Numbered from the stretch's first letter, positions 1 through 12,599 are shown. The stretch is 64,000 nucleotides of DNA from Octopus sinensis (GCF_006345805.1 NW_021835969.1:1-64000), one strand, 5' to 3'. Notes: generated from the sequence alone by a model not told the origin. Program-made: numbers and translations.

Positions 1-3000
1 CTGCCTTGCCAATGCGTATATTGAGCTCAGCGTCGAGGGATAGGTTGTAGGTGACGGTAGAGCCCAGATAGGTAAACTTCTCCACCTCTTGTAATCTGTG
101 GTCTCCAATATGTATGTTTGGGATGTCCGATGTAGCCTGACCCATGATGTTGGTCTTCTTAAGGCTGATAGCTAAGCCAAAGTCTTTACATGCTTGCTCA
201 AAACAGTTAATGAGCCTTTGGAGGGCTTCTTCTGTGTGTGATACCAGAGCGGCATCATCAGCAAATAGCATCTCCTTGATCAGGACGTTTCTGATTTTGG
301 TCTTGGCACGCAGGCGCGAGAGATTGAACAGTTTCCCGTCACTTCTACTGTGCAGAAACACTCCATCAATTGATGTCTGAAAGGCATGTGAAAGTAAGAG
401 CGAGAAGAAGATGCCAAACAATGTAGGAGCGAGGACACAACCTTGCTTTACCCCGTTTTTTATTTGGAAGGCGGCTGATGTTGAACCGTTGTGCTGTATG
501 GTACCTTGCATGTCATCATGGAAAGACTTGATGATCCTCAGCAGCTTTGGTGGACATCCGAGTTTTTGGAGCAGGGTGAAGAGGCCTGTTCTGCTTACCG
601 AGTCAAAGGCCTTTGTTAGATCAATGAAGGCCATATATAATGGCATTCTCTGCTCTCTGGACTTCTCCTGAAGTTGGCGTATGGAGAATATCATATCGAT
701 AGTTGATCTGCTTCTTCTAAAGCCACACTGCGATTCCGGATAGATTCGAGAAGCAAGTAGTTGTAGCCTGGCCAGGATAACGCGGGCAAAGGTCTTTCCA
801 ACAGTGCTTAGAAGAGATATTCCACGGTAATTGTTACAATCACCACGGTCACCTTTGTGTTTGTAAAGTGTAATGATGTTAGCATCCCGCATATCCTGAG
901 GGACTGTACCCTCTTCCCAGCACTGACACAGAAGCTCATGAAGGTGCCGAAGCAGGATGGTGTTTTTGCCGGCTTTGATGATCTCTGAGGGGATGCCGTC
1001 TTTTCCCGGAGCCTTGTTTCTTGCTAGGGAGTCAACAGCCTTGATGAGCTCTGCTATAGATGGCGGACTGTCAAGTTCGCACATGACTGGCAAGATCTTG
1101 ACACTCTCGACTGCAGCCTCAGCCACTGTAGTCTCCGTGAGTAGAGATCCTGGTAGTGCTCCACCCATCTATCCATTTGCTTGCTTTGATCCCTGATGAA
1201 ATTTCCAGTAGTTGATTTCAGAGGGGCTGACTTGGTTGCGGATGGACCGAGGGCCTTCTTCAAACCGGCATACATCCCACGGGTGTCGCCCCTGTCAGCA
1301 GCTGACTGGATACTCTGACAGATTTCCTACCAGTACATATTTGCACAGCGTCTGGCTGTCAGTGGATTTTATTTCGTGCCTTTCTGAGTTCTTCGAGTGA
1401 CTTTGTAGAAGAGTCACTCTTGTATTGCATCAGAGCTGCACGCTTTGCTTCGATAACTGGCTCCAGCTCTGAAAGCCCAGCATTGAACCAATCTGGGTTT
1501 TGCCTTTCTCTCATGCCGAAAGTATCTATTGATGTCGTATACAAGGCTTCCCTGATATAGTTCCACCTACTTTCAGCAGAGGAGGTTGGGCAGCCACTGA
1601 GGGCAACCTTGATAGAAGCAGCAAAACATTTTCGCAGTGTAGGGTCCGAGGTTCTGGCAGTGTTAATGCGTGGTCGGCCCACTTTCTTGGAGCGATGGAC
1701 TTTTTTTAGGTAGAATCCTCACCCTACTTCTAATTAGTGAGTGGTCTGTGTCACAATCTGCGCTGTGGTAACTGCGGGTCAATAGAGTAGAATTCAGAAA
1801 GGATCTCCGTGTAATGATGAGATCCAGCTGATGCCAGTGGTGAGATCTTGGATGTCTCCAAGATGCCTTGTGGGATGGCTTGTTGGTAAAGAATGTGTTT
1901 GTGATGCACAGGTTGTGGTATGTGCAGAATTCGAGTAGTCTCTGACCATTGTCATTCATGTTGCCAATACCAAAGTGTCCAACACAAATGGGCCACGAAT
2001 CATGGTCAGATCCCACGCGAGCGTTAAAATCCCCTAGAAGGTAAATATTTTCAGTCGTTGGTATATTTTCTATGACACAGTTGAGATCTTTGTAGAACTG
2101 GTCCTTGGTCTCCTCTGAGCTGTAGAGAGTGGGAGCATAGATGCTGAGTAGATGTACTGAGCCAGAAGAAGTCGAGAGGCGCAGTGAGAGGATACGCTCA
2201 GTGCCCCCCGATGGTGGCTCTATTGAGGAGAGTAGTGAGTTTCTCACTGCAAAGCCAACGCCATGTTGACGAGGTTCTTCTGGATCTCTTCCCTGCCAAA
2301 AGAAGGTGAAATCCTGCTCTTTGAGTTTGCCGTTTGAGGGAAGTCTTATCTCCTGTAGCCCAGCAATGTCTATGTTGAGCCTCTTTAGTTCACGGTCAAT
2401 GATGGCCGTTTTCTTGTGTCTTCAACCCTGAGTAGATCATCAGATATTCCAGGGCACATGGTCCTGACATTCCAGCTTGCCAACCGCAGGACTGGTGTTT
2501 TCTTGACTTTTAGTTGTTTGCCTGCTGCAGAGGTTGCAGGCCGCTTTTCAAGTCATACTCTTAGCTCCAAGCACCCAATGAAGCAGGCGGCCTGTGGCGG
2601 GTCATCACCTTATTAACTGGGGTTGCGCAGCTTGAGGTGGGCAGGAGCTAATCAATAGGACACGGAGGTCCCTCCCACCGTCAGAGGTAACCCGTAACGC
2701 CCATATTTTACGCCAATCTGAATGGACTTATCACTCGTGACTGTTACCTCCCGTGTTGTTTCTGCAGCTTTTTACAGCAGCACTGAAGTGTCCTCTCCAG
2801 TTTTGCGCAGGCCTGGGCTAGAGATAAGAAAGTCCTGGGTAGCCCAATCGTCAGGTTTTCTCTCTCGACCTTGCTAATGTAGTCCAAAGGAGTGCAGTGC
2901 ATTACGTTTGGCACCAGCTTGGTTGCAGGAGCTGCCGGAAGAGTGTCGAGTCGAACACTAGACCGCCTTCGGGGCTCCACTCCGGATTTCTTTGAAGGTT

Positions 3001-3104
3001 GTCTCCTTTCCGTAACCCTGGATAGGGGCCCATACCGGGTACTGTCAGCCAGCTGAGCCCGGAACTCGTGTCAGGCAGGGTCGTCACTCCCTGAAGTCGA
3101 CCTC
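1..3104 (-). mobile_element. RTE-clade non-LTR retrotransposon (5' UTR, APE endonuclease, start of RT), frameshifted; continues beyond the left edge of the window
   Basis: Minus strand reads LASWNVRTM...DIAGLQEIRL...HGVGFAV (about 2480-2245, with a 1-bp frameshift near 2410). ORF 1663..2247 has SIYAPT, LLGDFNARVG, QLDLI and TDHSL (APE motifs). Positions 1-1050 carry RT motifs: KAPGKDGIP, NYRGISLL, QCGFR, FIDLTKAFDSV, QGCVLAP, FADDAAL. Confidence 0.92.
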
Positions 3105-3190
3105 GGCGGAATTTGAACTCGGAACGTAACGACAGACGAAATACGGCTACGCATTTCGCCCGGCGTGCTAACGTTTCTGCCAGCTCGCCG
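3105..3190 (-). mobile_element. tRNA-derived SINE head (octopus OK-type), abutting the RTE 5' end
   Basis: Minus strand CGGCGAGCTGGCAGAAACGTTAGCACGCCGGGCGAAATGC...GAGTTCAAATTCCGCCGAGGTCGAC has A-box-like and B-box-like motifs. The same head occurs at 50590-50680. Confidence 0.8.
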
Positions 3191-3211
3191 TCACTTTGTT
3201 GAAGGTTGTCT

Positions 3212-3243
3212 ATATACACACATATATGTTTGTATAGACGCAC

Positions 3244-3301
<58 letters not shown>

Positions 3302-3491
3302 GGTGTGTGTTTGTTCCTCTCATCATCGTCTAACTGTGAATGGATACAACATTTCGGTGCAACTGTGCACATATAACCATATACATATACGCAAGAACAC
3401 ACAATCATATAGACACACTCATAAATATACATATAATCTTAAATTATATACTCATATATACTTATCCACTTCTACATACATATGTTCTATT

Positions 3492-3524
<33 letters not shown>

Positions 3525-3630
3525 TGCATACACATGCATAAACATACACACACACACACACGCACACACACATGCACACACATGCATAAACATACATACG
3601 CACACACACACACACACACACATACAAAAT
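3212..3630. repeat. (TA)n and (CA)n compound microsatellites
   Basis: Seen directly; source of the spurious Y/I/H/T-rich ORFs. Confidence 0.95.
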
Positions 3631-3929
3631 ACGACACAGTATACAAGGGCAACGGTTAAAAATCGAACATGCATTATATTAACCTATCTGCTCTTTTCTT
3701 TTTTCTTTTTTTTTTATATATGCATAAGCGCATACATATACAATACATACATACATCCATACATGCTCATATGTGCATGCATGTGCATTTTTCTTATAGC
3801 ACCACACACGCACATACGTATCGAACAACGTACGCTCATACGGTTATATATAACTGCACATAAGTGTCTTAGCACCACGCATTGCAACATGTATGTAAGG
3901 ATTACATGTAAACGAGGGAGAGAGAGAGG

Positions 3930-4434
3930 TGGTTATAGAATGGTCCTCCTGAATGGGATCTGGATGTTACACCATTCGGATTTTCGGTTGAGAGTAGGTT
4001 TGTATTCTTGTATACAAACAGCTTCTGTGACCTGTCTCAACATTGCATCGGTGGGATGTGTTGATAGGATGTTCAACTTAAGTTTCCCTGAGGATCCCCC
4101 GTGGCAGTCCACAGCATGTTGGTAGAAGATGGAGTTTGGCTTCCTTTCAATGTAGTTGTCCAGGTGTTCTTTGAACCTATCATTGATACTTCTAGAAGTC
4201 TCACCTATGTATGACTCTGGGTTAGTCTCGCAAGCTCCTTCTTGGCACTCAATTTGGTATACAGTGCCCTTGGTTTTGCAGTTCACATGTGGGTTTGTCG
4301 AACATACTGCACAATTACTTTGACAGGTGATTCTATCAAATGGATATGAACTGCATAATGCAGATTTGGCATTATGCAAACGGCATTATGCAAACGGCAT
4401 TATGCAGATCATATCCATTTGATAGAATCACCTG
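3930..4434 (-). mobile_element. 5'-truncated Penelope-like element: GIY-YIG endonuclease C-terminus with a short inverted duplication at the truncation point
   Basis: ORF 3933..4379: CKTKGTVYQIEC...YIGETSRSINDRFKEH...E...LNRKSEW. There is a 38-bp inverted repeat at 4324-4361 / 4397-4434. Confidence 0.88.
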
Positions 4435-4654
4435 AGAGGTGAAAAGTAGAACAACAAAGGGCCATTGACATCAATCGGATCCATTGTCATGTAAAAGGCC
4501 GCAGGTGAGAACACCTGCTCAAACAAGATTGTCAACGACTACCATCACAGGTATATGCAAGTGTCCATCACACACAGAAACATCAACCGCAACCACCACA
4601 AACATATAAATGCATACAAATAAACATGTGTTTGTACGTGTATCCGTGAGAGAG

Positions 4655-4658
<4 letters not shown>

Positions 4659-4707
<49 letters not shown>

Positions 4708-4887
4708 ACACCCGTCTGGCTACTTCATTTAAATTTTACAGTATCGATGCTTTTCAATTCTGTTGCGTTTCACTGGAGACGGATGCTGTCCAGTTCCAGT
4801 GTTGTGTCAGCATCGATTTTAGGGTGGACACTCATGTACATACATGTGCACATGCGTATATTGTTATATGAGCGTATATATACATAT

Positions 4888-4971
<84 letters not shown>

Positions 4972-5010
4972 ATATGTATGTATGTATGTATATATATATA
5001 TATATACATA
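4659..5010. repeat. (GT)n and (TA)n microsatellites
   Basis: Seen directly. Confidence 0.95.
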
Positions 5011-5319
5011 TATAAATAATAACAAAGGGTGAAATTAATTAATTAAGAAGTAATCAGTAATTTCACCAAGTAGAATTCGGCATGCAAAAGACCTATTCAA
5101 GGTAAGTTTAAGTAATACTATAATTAGAGTTCAGCACCGAATTTAGAAATAGCAGACAAAAAGTCTTGGCAACACGCTGGTGGACAGGGGAGAGTGACTT
5201 ACTTTCATTCACTTTTTGAATTTGGCTGATACCATGAGTTGAAGTGATATTTTCTAGTGCCTTCAAATTTAATACACAATTATTAATAATTGAGACGCAA
5301 TTATTTATAATTGAAGAAT

Positions 5320-5410
5320 CCTACGCTGATGAGGAAAATAGTCAGGTAAGGTATAATTATTTATTTTTTATGCTCTATACTGGCTTAATTCCGAAACGCG
5401 CGTCCATAGG
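5320..5410 (+). ncRNA. Candidate type I hammerhead ribozyme (PLE-associated) with extended stem II
   Basis: CCTACG-CTGATGA-GGAA...TTCC-GAAAC-GCGC-GTC-CATAGG. The core is intact, stem I is CCTACG/CATAGG, stem II is GGAA/TTCC plus AGTCAG/CTGGCT, stem III is the palindrome ACGCGCGT, and the cleavage triplet is GUC. Confidence 0.75.
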
Positions 5411-5590
5411 CAACTTAATATAGAATGATTTTCGTCATTTCTTTCTCTCTTACCTGCGTCGTTTGTTTTTAAGTGCTTTGGTTTTACTGGGATCTCCCTT
5501 TAAAGTAGAAAGAATAGCCAAGACTTTTTGACTGCTATTTTTAAATTCGGTGTGTGGTGAGGCAAATCGTTGCTGAACCCTAATTACTTA

Positions 5591-5626
<36 letters not shown>

Positions 5627-5651
5627 ATATATATATATATAATATATATAT

Positions 5652-5860
5652 AGTTAATCCAAACAAGAAAGCACAAAAAACACAACAACGCGAGGACGTG
5701 GAACAAATATAGTATTATTGGACGCTCAGGAAGGAAGAGAAGAAGGAGGGTTTAACGTTTCAAGCGGAGCTCTTCGTCGGAAACATAGGAGAAGGAAAGA
5801 TCCAGAGAAGGAAGACAGAAGAAAAAAATCGCCAACGGTACACACGGGGTCACATTTTGA
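5652..5860 (-). mobile_element. Short PLE terminal (pLTR-like) repeat with a minimal hammerhead motif at 5750-5784
   Basis: Inverted homolog of 12600-12790. Minus strand GTTT-CCGACGA-A-GAGC-TCC-GCTT-GAAAC-GTT-AAAC. Confidence 0.6.
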
Positions 5861-5913
5861 AATATATATATATATATATAATATAATATATATATATAAT
5901 ATATATAATATAT

Positions 5914-5957
<44 letters not shown>

Positions 5958-5987
5958 GTATAGGAAAGAATGGAGCTGAACGAAGAT

Positions 5988-6387
5988 TTAACAAAGTTCC
6001 TTTATTTTATTTTCGACATATGTTTCGAGTCTGCAAAATCGCAAGTCACCTACAGGACCGTCCCTATCCCCGGTCCAACACCGATCCTTCAAAGCTGACC
6101 CATCCGCAACTTCAAGTTCTTGCTGATCTGCCCCTAGGCCCTGTCGCCTCTTATCCATCCTTTCCAAGAATGCGTTTGTCTGCGTAATCTGGCCCCTCAA
6201 CATCCCTATAATCAAGGCAAGCAAGATCTCTTCCTCTCCAGTCTGGCTACCAGTTCGTGCCTCCACCGAATCCATAGCGAACAGCCAATCGACCGCAGCA
6301 ATCAGGACAATTCTACTTCTGACACCAGTTGTTACGGATCATCTGCCGTCGCTCAAACTCTTCGGAAAACCCGGGACCCTACCAAGA
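5988..6387 (-). mobile_element. Gypsy-type LTR retrotransposon fragment: LTR 3' end (6330-6387), PBS (6315-6327) and a possible gag start
   Basis: The LTR ends ...GTAACA, followed by AC-TGGTGTCAGAAGT, which is complementary to the tRNA-Leu(CAA) 3' end ACUUCUGACACCA. The LTR piece matches the 3' end of the solo LTR at 11243-11299. ORF 5988..6275 follows the PBS. Confidence 0.75.
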
Positions 6388-6389
6388 CA

Positions 6390-6537
6390 GAGCATCTCTG
6401 TATATATGTATGTATATATGTATGTATATATATATGTATGTATAAAGTATGTATGTATATATATATGTATGTATGTATATATGTATATATATGTGTGTAT
6501 ATATATATGTATATGTACATATATATATGTATATATG

Positions 6538-6592
<55 letters not shown>

Positions 6593-6683
6593 GTGTGTGT
6601 ATGTATATATATGTGTATATATATATATGTATATATATATATGTGTATATATATATGTATATATATATATATACATATATATA
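6390..6683. repeat. (TA)n/(TG)n/(TATG)n compound microsatellite
   Basis: Seen directly. Confidence 0.95.
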
Positions 6684-7047
6684 TACAAAATGTAGAGGAC
6701 TGACCACTAAAAGTGGACAGCCTATATGCTAAACATAGACGTCAAATCGCCATTTACCACGAAGAATGTGTTCTCAAGAAAAATCTCAGCAAAAAGCCAA
6801 TGTGTAAAAATAAGCAAAGACACATGAAAATATACGAAATAAAAAACGATTACCTATGTCCCAACTGGTTTCACTTGTTAATATGTACGTATTTCGAATA
6901 TTTTCATGTATCTTTGCTTATTTTTACACTTTGGCTTTTTGCTGAGATTTTTCTTGAGAACACGTTCTTCGTGGTAAATGGCGATTCGACCTCTATGTTT
7001 AGTATATAGGCTGTCCACTTTTAGTGGTCAATCCTCTAAATTTTGTA
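6684..7047. repeat. Foldback: two 158-bp inverted arms (6684-6841 and 6890-7047) with a 48-bp spacer, directly upstream of a PLE ORF
   Basis: The arms are reverse complements with about 10 mismatches. The arm is homologous to 13770-13937, which follows a hammerhead motif. Confidence 0.9.
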
Positions 7048-8760
7048 TGTAAAAATACTTTTTAATCTTCGGATTTTTTTAAAATACGCTAAGCCAATGG
7101 TTTTAATTGATTAATATCAATTTCTACCCTTAGTTAACTTTCCCTCTCATTCTCAACATCGAATCTCCTCATTCTACATCGAGTGAAAAACGGGATGGAC
7201 GCTTCGATTTTGTTTTGGTGCCTCGCTCTGTTGTACACGACTATGAGGATTTGCATCCCCAACGTTTGCAGTATCGGTTAAGGTAGCAGGTTCTTAGCGA
7301 AGCTGTATATGAGTATTTAAGTAGACAAATGAATTATCTTATTACGGATAATTCGAAAGATAACCGATACCTGGGTAGCAAACTCACAACAGAAAAAGCA
7401 CGGTTGAAATTACGACCATAGGGCATAAACTCCGTGCGTTCGAGATTAACGCGTCCCTTAAGGACATACCTAAACCACCAAAGGAAACTTTCCTTAAGGA
7501 AATTGTCTGCAAAACAAATACATTCATCAACCGAATGAGATGGCTCGCTTTCTTCCATGATAACGAGGATTTAAAACAGAACGGGACCGTAACATCATCC
7601 GAATATAAGAAGCTCTTCAAGTCGAGGGAGACACCCCCACCTAATCCCAGACTGAAGAAATTTGAGGACGACTTATGGGACATTGTAAGGAGCATTAAAT
7701 TCCGGAAGTCGCCCCTTAGGAATGAACACCTTAGATACCTCAGGAAAATCACTAAGGATATTAACAGCTCAGACGGAAGCCTGGTCCAATCTGATAAAAC
7801 AAGGAATACTTACAAGCTACCTATAAACCAGTATTTAGAACTACTCAAGAAAGAAATCCAGAAGAATTACAGAACTACAAATAAGAATACACTTAGAAGA
7901 GTCAATTTGGAGATTAAGGAAATTATGGTAAATTATGGGCTTCAAATGAAAACACAACCGCTTAACCCAAGGCAACCTAGATTCATCGTTAAGGACCACA
8001 AACCAAATTTTCACACCAATCCAGCATTAAGGCTCATATGCCCTTCTAGTTCCGACATCGGTTCCATCAGTAAGTACATTTTAGACAAATACATACCTAG
8101 ATTAATTAATAAGCTTAAGCTTAACCTTTGGCGAGCTCCTCGCAAGTCGTAAATTGGTTTTCTTCCATTTCTAATAAAAACAGAACTAAGTTCATTCAGT
8201 TCGATATTGCTAATTTCTATCCCTCGATAAACCCTAGTGTACTCAATAAGGCCCTATGGCATGCGCATAATAAGGCAGGCCTCACAAGGGAGGAAATTAA
8301 TATAATTCTAGTGGCTAGAAAATCCTTTATACAGTTTGAAGATAAGTTATGGGTGCGTAAGGATACTCCCAACGAGTTTGATGTGCCAATGGGAAGCTCA
8401 GATAGCGCCCAGATAGCCGATTTGGTCGGAATCTATATTCTCTATGAATTAGCCGACCAATTCCCGGACATCTGCGGCGGTCTATATCGTGACGATTGTC
8501 TGTTTTACCTACAGAATGCCCCGAACAGAATGATACAGAAAACTAAAAATAGATTAGCTAGGTTCTTTAGTAGGATGGGCATGAACATAGTTTTCGACAA
8601 CGAACTAACTAAGGCCAATTTCTTAGATGTTACACTAAATCTGCATAGCAATTCTTACTGCCCCTACCATAAACCTTCCACAAACCTAAAATATGTCAGT
8701 GTTTTCTCTAACCACGCAAAAACTATAACAGATAATTTAGTTAAAAATATTTCTTTAAGA
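7048..8760 (+). mobile_element. Penelope-like element reverse transcriptase, frameshifted near 8140 and 3'-truncated
   Basis: SLKDIPKPPK...FINRMRWLAFF, KDHKPNF...LRLICPS, FIQFDIANFYPSI, VPMGS, LYRDD and NFLDVTLNL are PLE RT motifs (ORFs 7535..8152 and 8128..8910). Confidence 0.9.
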
Positions 8761-8802
8761 TTATATATACACATATATATACATACACATATATATATAC
8801 AC

Positions 8803-8877
<75 letters not shown>

Positions 8878-8889
8878 TATATATATATA

Positions 8890-10178
8890 CGAGGGGCGTT
8901 CAATAAGTAATGCCCCTGACCCACTTCCCATAGCAGTAGAGCAACGAAACTTGGCACAGTTATTAGTCTTTTTCTACATAGGAACCACCCAGAGTTACGC
9001 ATTTCTGCCATCGTTTGATGCGGCTCTGGAGACCGTTTTTGTAGAAGAACCCAGCTTGGTCCTCTAACCTCAACGTGACTTCAGAAATCAAGGCTGCATC
9101 ATCTGGGAACGCTTTCCTTTCAAAAACAACTTCATGATTGGGAAGAGGTGAAAATCAGAGGGTGCAAGGTCAGGAAAGTAGGGGGGATGGGGAGGAGTTC
9201 ATAGCCATACGCCTGTGCTTCTGATCTGGCGACAAGCGAGTTGTGGACCGGAGCGTTGTCCTGCAGGAGGAGGATGCCTTTGCTGATCTTGCCCGCCTCT
9301 TGATTTTGATAGCTTCTCTTAATTTCATCAAAAGTGAAGCATAATAGGCTCCTGCAATTGTGGTACCCTTTGCCAGGAAATCTGTCATCACTACTCCGTC
9401 CTGGTCCCAGAAGACTGTGAGCATGACCTTGCCAGCGGAGGGCTGCACCCTTGCCTTCTTTGGAGGGGGTGAGTCACGGTGCTTCCACTGCATTGACTGG
9501 GCTTTGGTCTCTGGATCATCGTGATGGACCCACGTTTCATCCTCTGTAATCAATCTTTTGAATAATTTTGACTCATCTTCTTGGCACATCTCCAAATTCA
9601 CCCACGAGCACTCGACGCGTTCTTGCTTCTGGAAAGGCGTGAGCAACCTGGGAATCCATCTGGCAGACACCTTTTGCATATGCAAATGGTCATGAATGAT
9701 AGTTTCCACAGACCCGGTACTAATCTTGACCTCATGGGCTATTTGGCGAATAATTATGCGTCGATCTTCCAAAATGGCAGCCACAACTTGACGGACAGAT
9801 GCCTCATCAATGGCAGAAGGGGGCGACCAGATCTGGGAGCTGTTTCCACAGAGTTCCGACCATGTTTGAATTCACGATGCCAGCGTTTTACAAGGTCATA
9901 TGATGGGGCATCATCACCATCAGTTACTTTCATTTCATCAAAAGTCTCCCGTGGTGTGCGTCCTTTCAAATACAAAAACCGGATCACTGCTCGACACTCA
10001 ACAGACTCCATTTCACACTTGACTCGGTTCAAACACCTGTAAATCAGAAACCACAATTAATTCAGAGCTGTAATTTGCCACTTACTCTATAGAGATATAA
10101 ATGATTGCACATGCAAAATTTCAGCTAGATCTAACAACTGCAAGTGGGTCAGAGGCATTACTTATTGAACGTCCCTCG
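8890..10178 (-). mobile_element. Full-length (1289 bp) mariner DNA transposon with a frameshifted transposase
   Basis: About 37-bp TIRs CGAGGG(G/A)CGTTCAATAAGTAATGCC(C/T)CTGACCCACTT with TA on both sides (8888-8889, 10179-10180). Protein motifs WIPRLL, DETW, LQDNAPVH and PDLAPSDF are split over ORFs 9754..10056, 9170..9784 and a third frame. Confidence 0.95.
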
Positions 10179-10285
10179 TACATATATATATATACACATA
10201 TATATATACATATATACATACATACATATATATATACATACTTATATACATACATATATACATACATATATACATACATACATAG

Positions 10286-11299
10286 TGTTATGGAGGTCAG
10301 TTCGGAAACTGAGTGCTACGACCTACTTTTTGTGAGCTGGCGTCAAGTAGGCGAGTAAATCCTTTGTTCCGTCAGATTCTGGAAGGATTGATGAGTTTTG
10401 AGGAGACCTTTGGCCTTGTTCCGGTCAAGGAAAGTTCGAGGAGTTACCCTATAAAAAAGCAGGAGCTGTGAGTCTGTGGGACAGTCGGCCGGCAGTTCTG
10501 GCCAGAAACGGAAGCGATACGGACGGTCAGCCAAGAAGGTGGCAATGATACGAAATCGGTCAGTTGAGAAAGACAGACAGACAATCTGAGGGATGACAAA
10601 CCCGAGAATGACAGTGAATGTGAAAGAGGAAGACAGGCAGATAGGATTACAGCGAGAGGCCATGACAGCGTAGAGGAAGACAGACAGATAGGATTAAGGA
10701 GCTAAGAGAGAGGGACTACGGTACGAGGGCACTGGCTATTGTAGTAGCTCGTAACGGTATGTTTATTTATGTTTTGATATGTGAAAAGAACTGTTACAGA
10801 ATTGCGGAAAGCAAAGAAAGAACTGTAAAGACATTGTGAAAAGAGTTGTTGAAAAGAAAGAAAGAAGGAGAAAGACTCTAATGTATTGAACTGTATCGTT
10901 AATGTGAACATTATTTGTTTTAATTGAACTGAACCGATTTGTCTCTGAACTGTTATTGTAACTGCATGCTTTGGTTTGTTGTTTCCTTGTTTTCTTGCAC
11001 GTATTTTCTTTGATGTATTTGATGTAATAATTGTTATAAACTATTGTTGCTAAACGTAGGCCAAATTGCCTTCCGCCGTGTCTCTGTGTCTCTTCCCGCT
11101 GTCGTTGTTTGTTGTTGTTCTCTCCGGTCGCCGGTTGCCGAGTTCGCTGCCGCCTTCCCTCACCGAATTCTCTCTCTCTCTCTCTCTCTGTGTCCGTGGC
11201 GAATTCACCGTTCGATCGAGCCAGTCGATCGTCGTCGCTCGACTTGGTAGGGTCCCGGGTTTTCCGAAGAGTTTGAGCGACGGCAGGTGGTTCGTAACA
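10286..11299 (+). mobile_element. Solo LTR (about 1014 bp, TGTTA...TAACA)
   Basis: TG...CA termini with a 5-bp inverted repeat. The last 57 bp match the PBS-adjacent LTR end at 6330-6387. No TSD is visible because the flanks are microsatellite. Confidence 0.8.
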
Positions 11300-11320
11300 A
11301 CACACACACACACACACACT

Positions 11321-11417
<97 letters not shown>

Positions 11418-12599
11418 TATGAAGTGACTAATGTTGCTAGTAAGCAGCAGCTAGAAATAAGAGTCAGAATGACTTTTACCATCTTATTGTTTAAACCAAT
11501 GAACCAATATTCACGAAGCTTTCCGTTCATGTTACGCTAACTTTCAGTTAAGTGATAAGTTAATTGGATTCCTATAAAAATCTATAACGTGCAACCCAGG
11601 GGCATTGGAACAAATAAAATTATAAAATGATAAAGTTGCAAAACGTATTAATTTGACGGAAAGAGAGTATCAAAGAGAGAGGGAGACTTCTATCAGTGAA
11701 GGCGAGAACATCAGCAAGAATGGAATTTTAATGTTAATATAGCTGTCATATACACGCGACGCTGCATACATACTTTTGTAAAAACATTGATACAACACAC
11801 ACATACACAGAGAAGGGTGTATTTTATGAAAACGTAGCTTTCATGAGAGACAGAGTGGGTGGCTTTTCTGAAGTTTATGGGCAAAGAAACACTCACACAT
11901 AGACACACGCATACATATGAATATATACATACATGGTACATGCATATGTCTATTATACATTTTAAACTCGTGATTCCCTGTGTGTACGTATTTAAACGTG
12001 TGTGTGTGTAACACATCCTATAACTGTCTGTCTCTCTAATTTTGTTGGGACATCCCTGTTACTGTCACATATTTTGAGAGTCTACAACTAGGTCAATATT
12101 TCCAAGTTTAGTAACTTGAAATAACTTTGTTATTTATTTGTTGCAGAAAAGTTGCAGGAAAAGGTTACTGAGGTTTAAAGTTTAACAAATATTACCTAAT
12201 CATAAAACAGGATTTAGAAGCTGGCATTTTCGGCATGATAGCTGACTATCACGAAATGAAAGCAAAATCATAAGTTGGAGGAATATTTATTAAACCAACG
12301 AAAGCAAAGCATTACGTGTGCCAAAGTTGTAAGAACTTATAAGTTATTAAATAATTTCTAAAGGCAAAAAATATCCTCAATGATGATTCTTGGCGAAAAA
12401 TTGCACAAATCTGTCCTGATTAAGAGGCCTATCTATCAGGGAAGGCAAGATCTGACACAGAATAAATTTAAAACATCATATAAGAAATAATATTTTAAGC
12501 TAGGACTTTATTTATTGATCTGTCTAATTGCTAATACTTACATTTACTTACATACTTACAGACACACACATATGTATATATCTACGATCTCTTCAGCAC

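Noticed and set aside
2580-3104. HDV-like or twister ribozyme in the RTE leader
   Set aside because: I could not fit P1.1/P4/J4-2 or the twister consensus by eye. A covariance-model search would be needed.
6000-6065. Minus-strand GAAACATATGTC with an upstream stem as a hammerhead
   Set aside because: The 5' core (CTGTAGG) and stem II are degenerate; at best a decayed relic.
11420-12560. Non-repetitive-looking stretch with an acceptor-like TTGCAG at about 12146 and short peptide-like segments
   Set aside because: There is no consistent donor or open frame and no recognisable motif; left unassigned.
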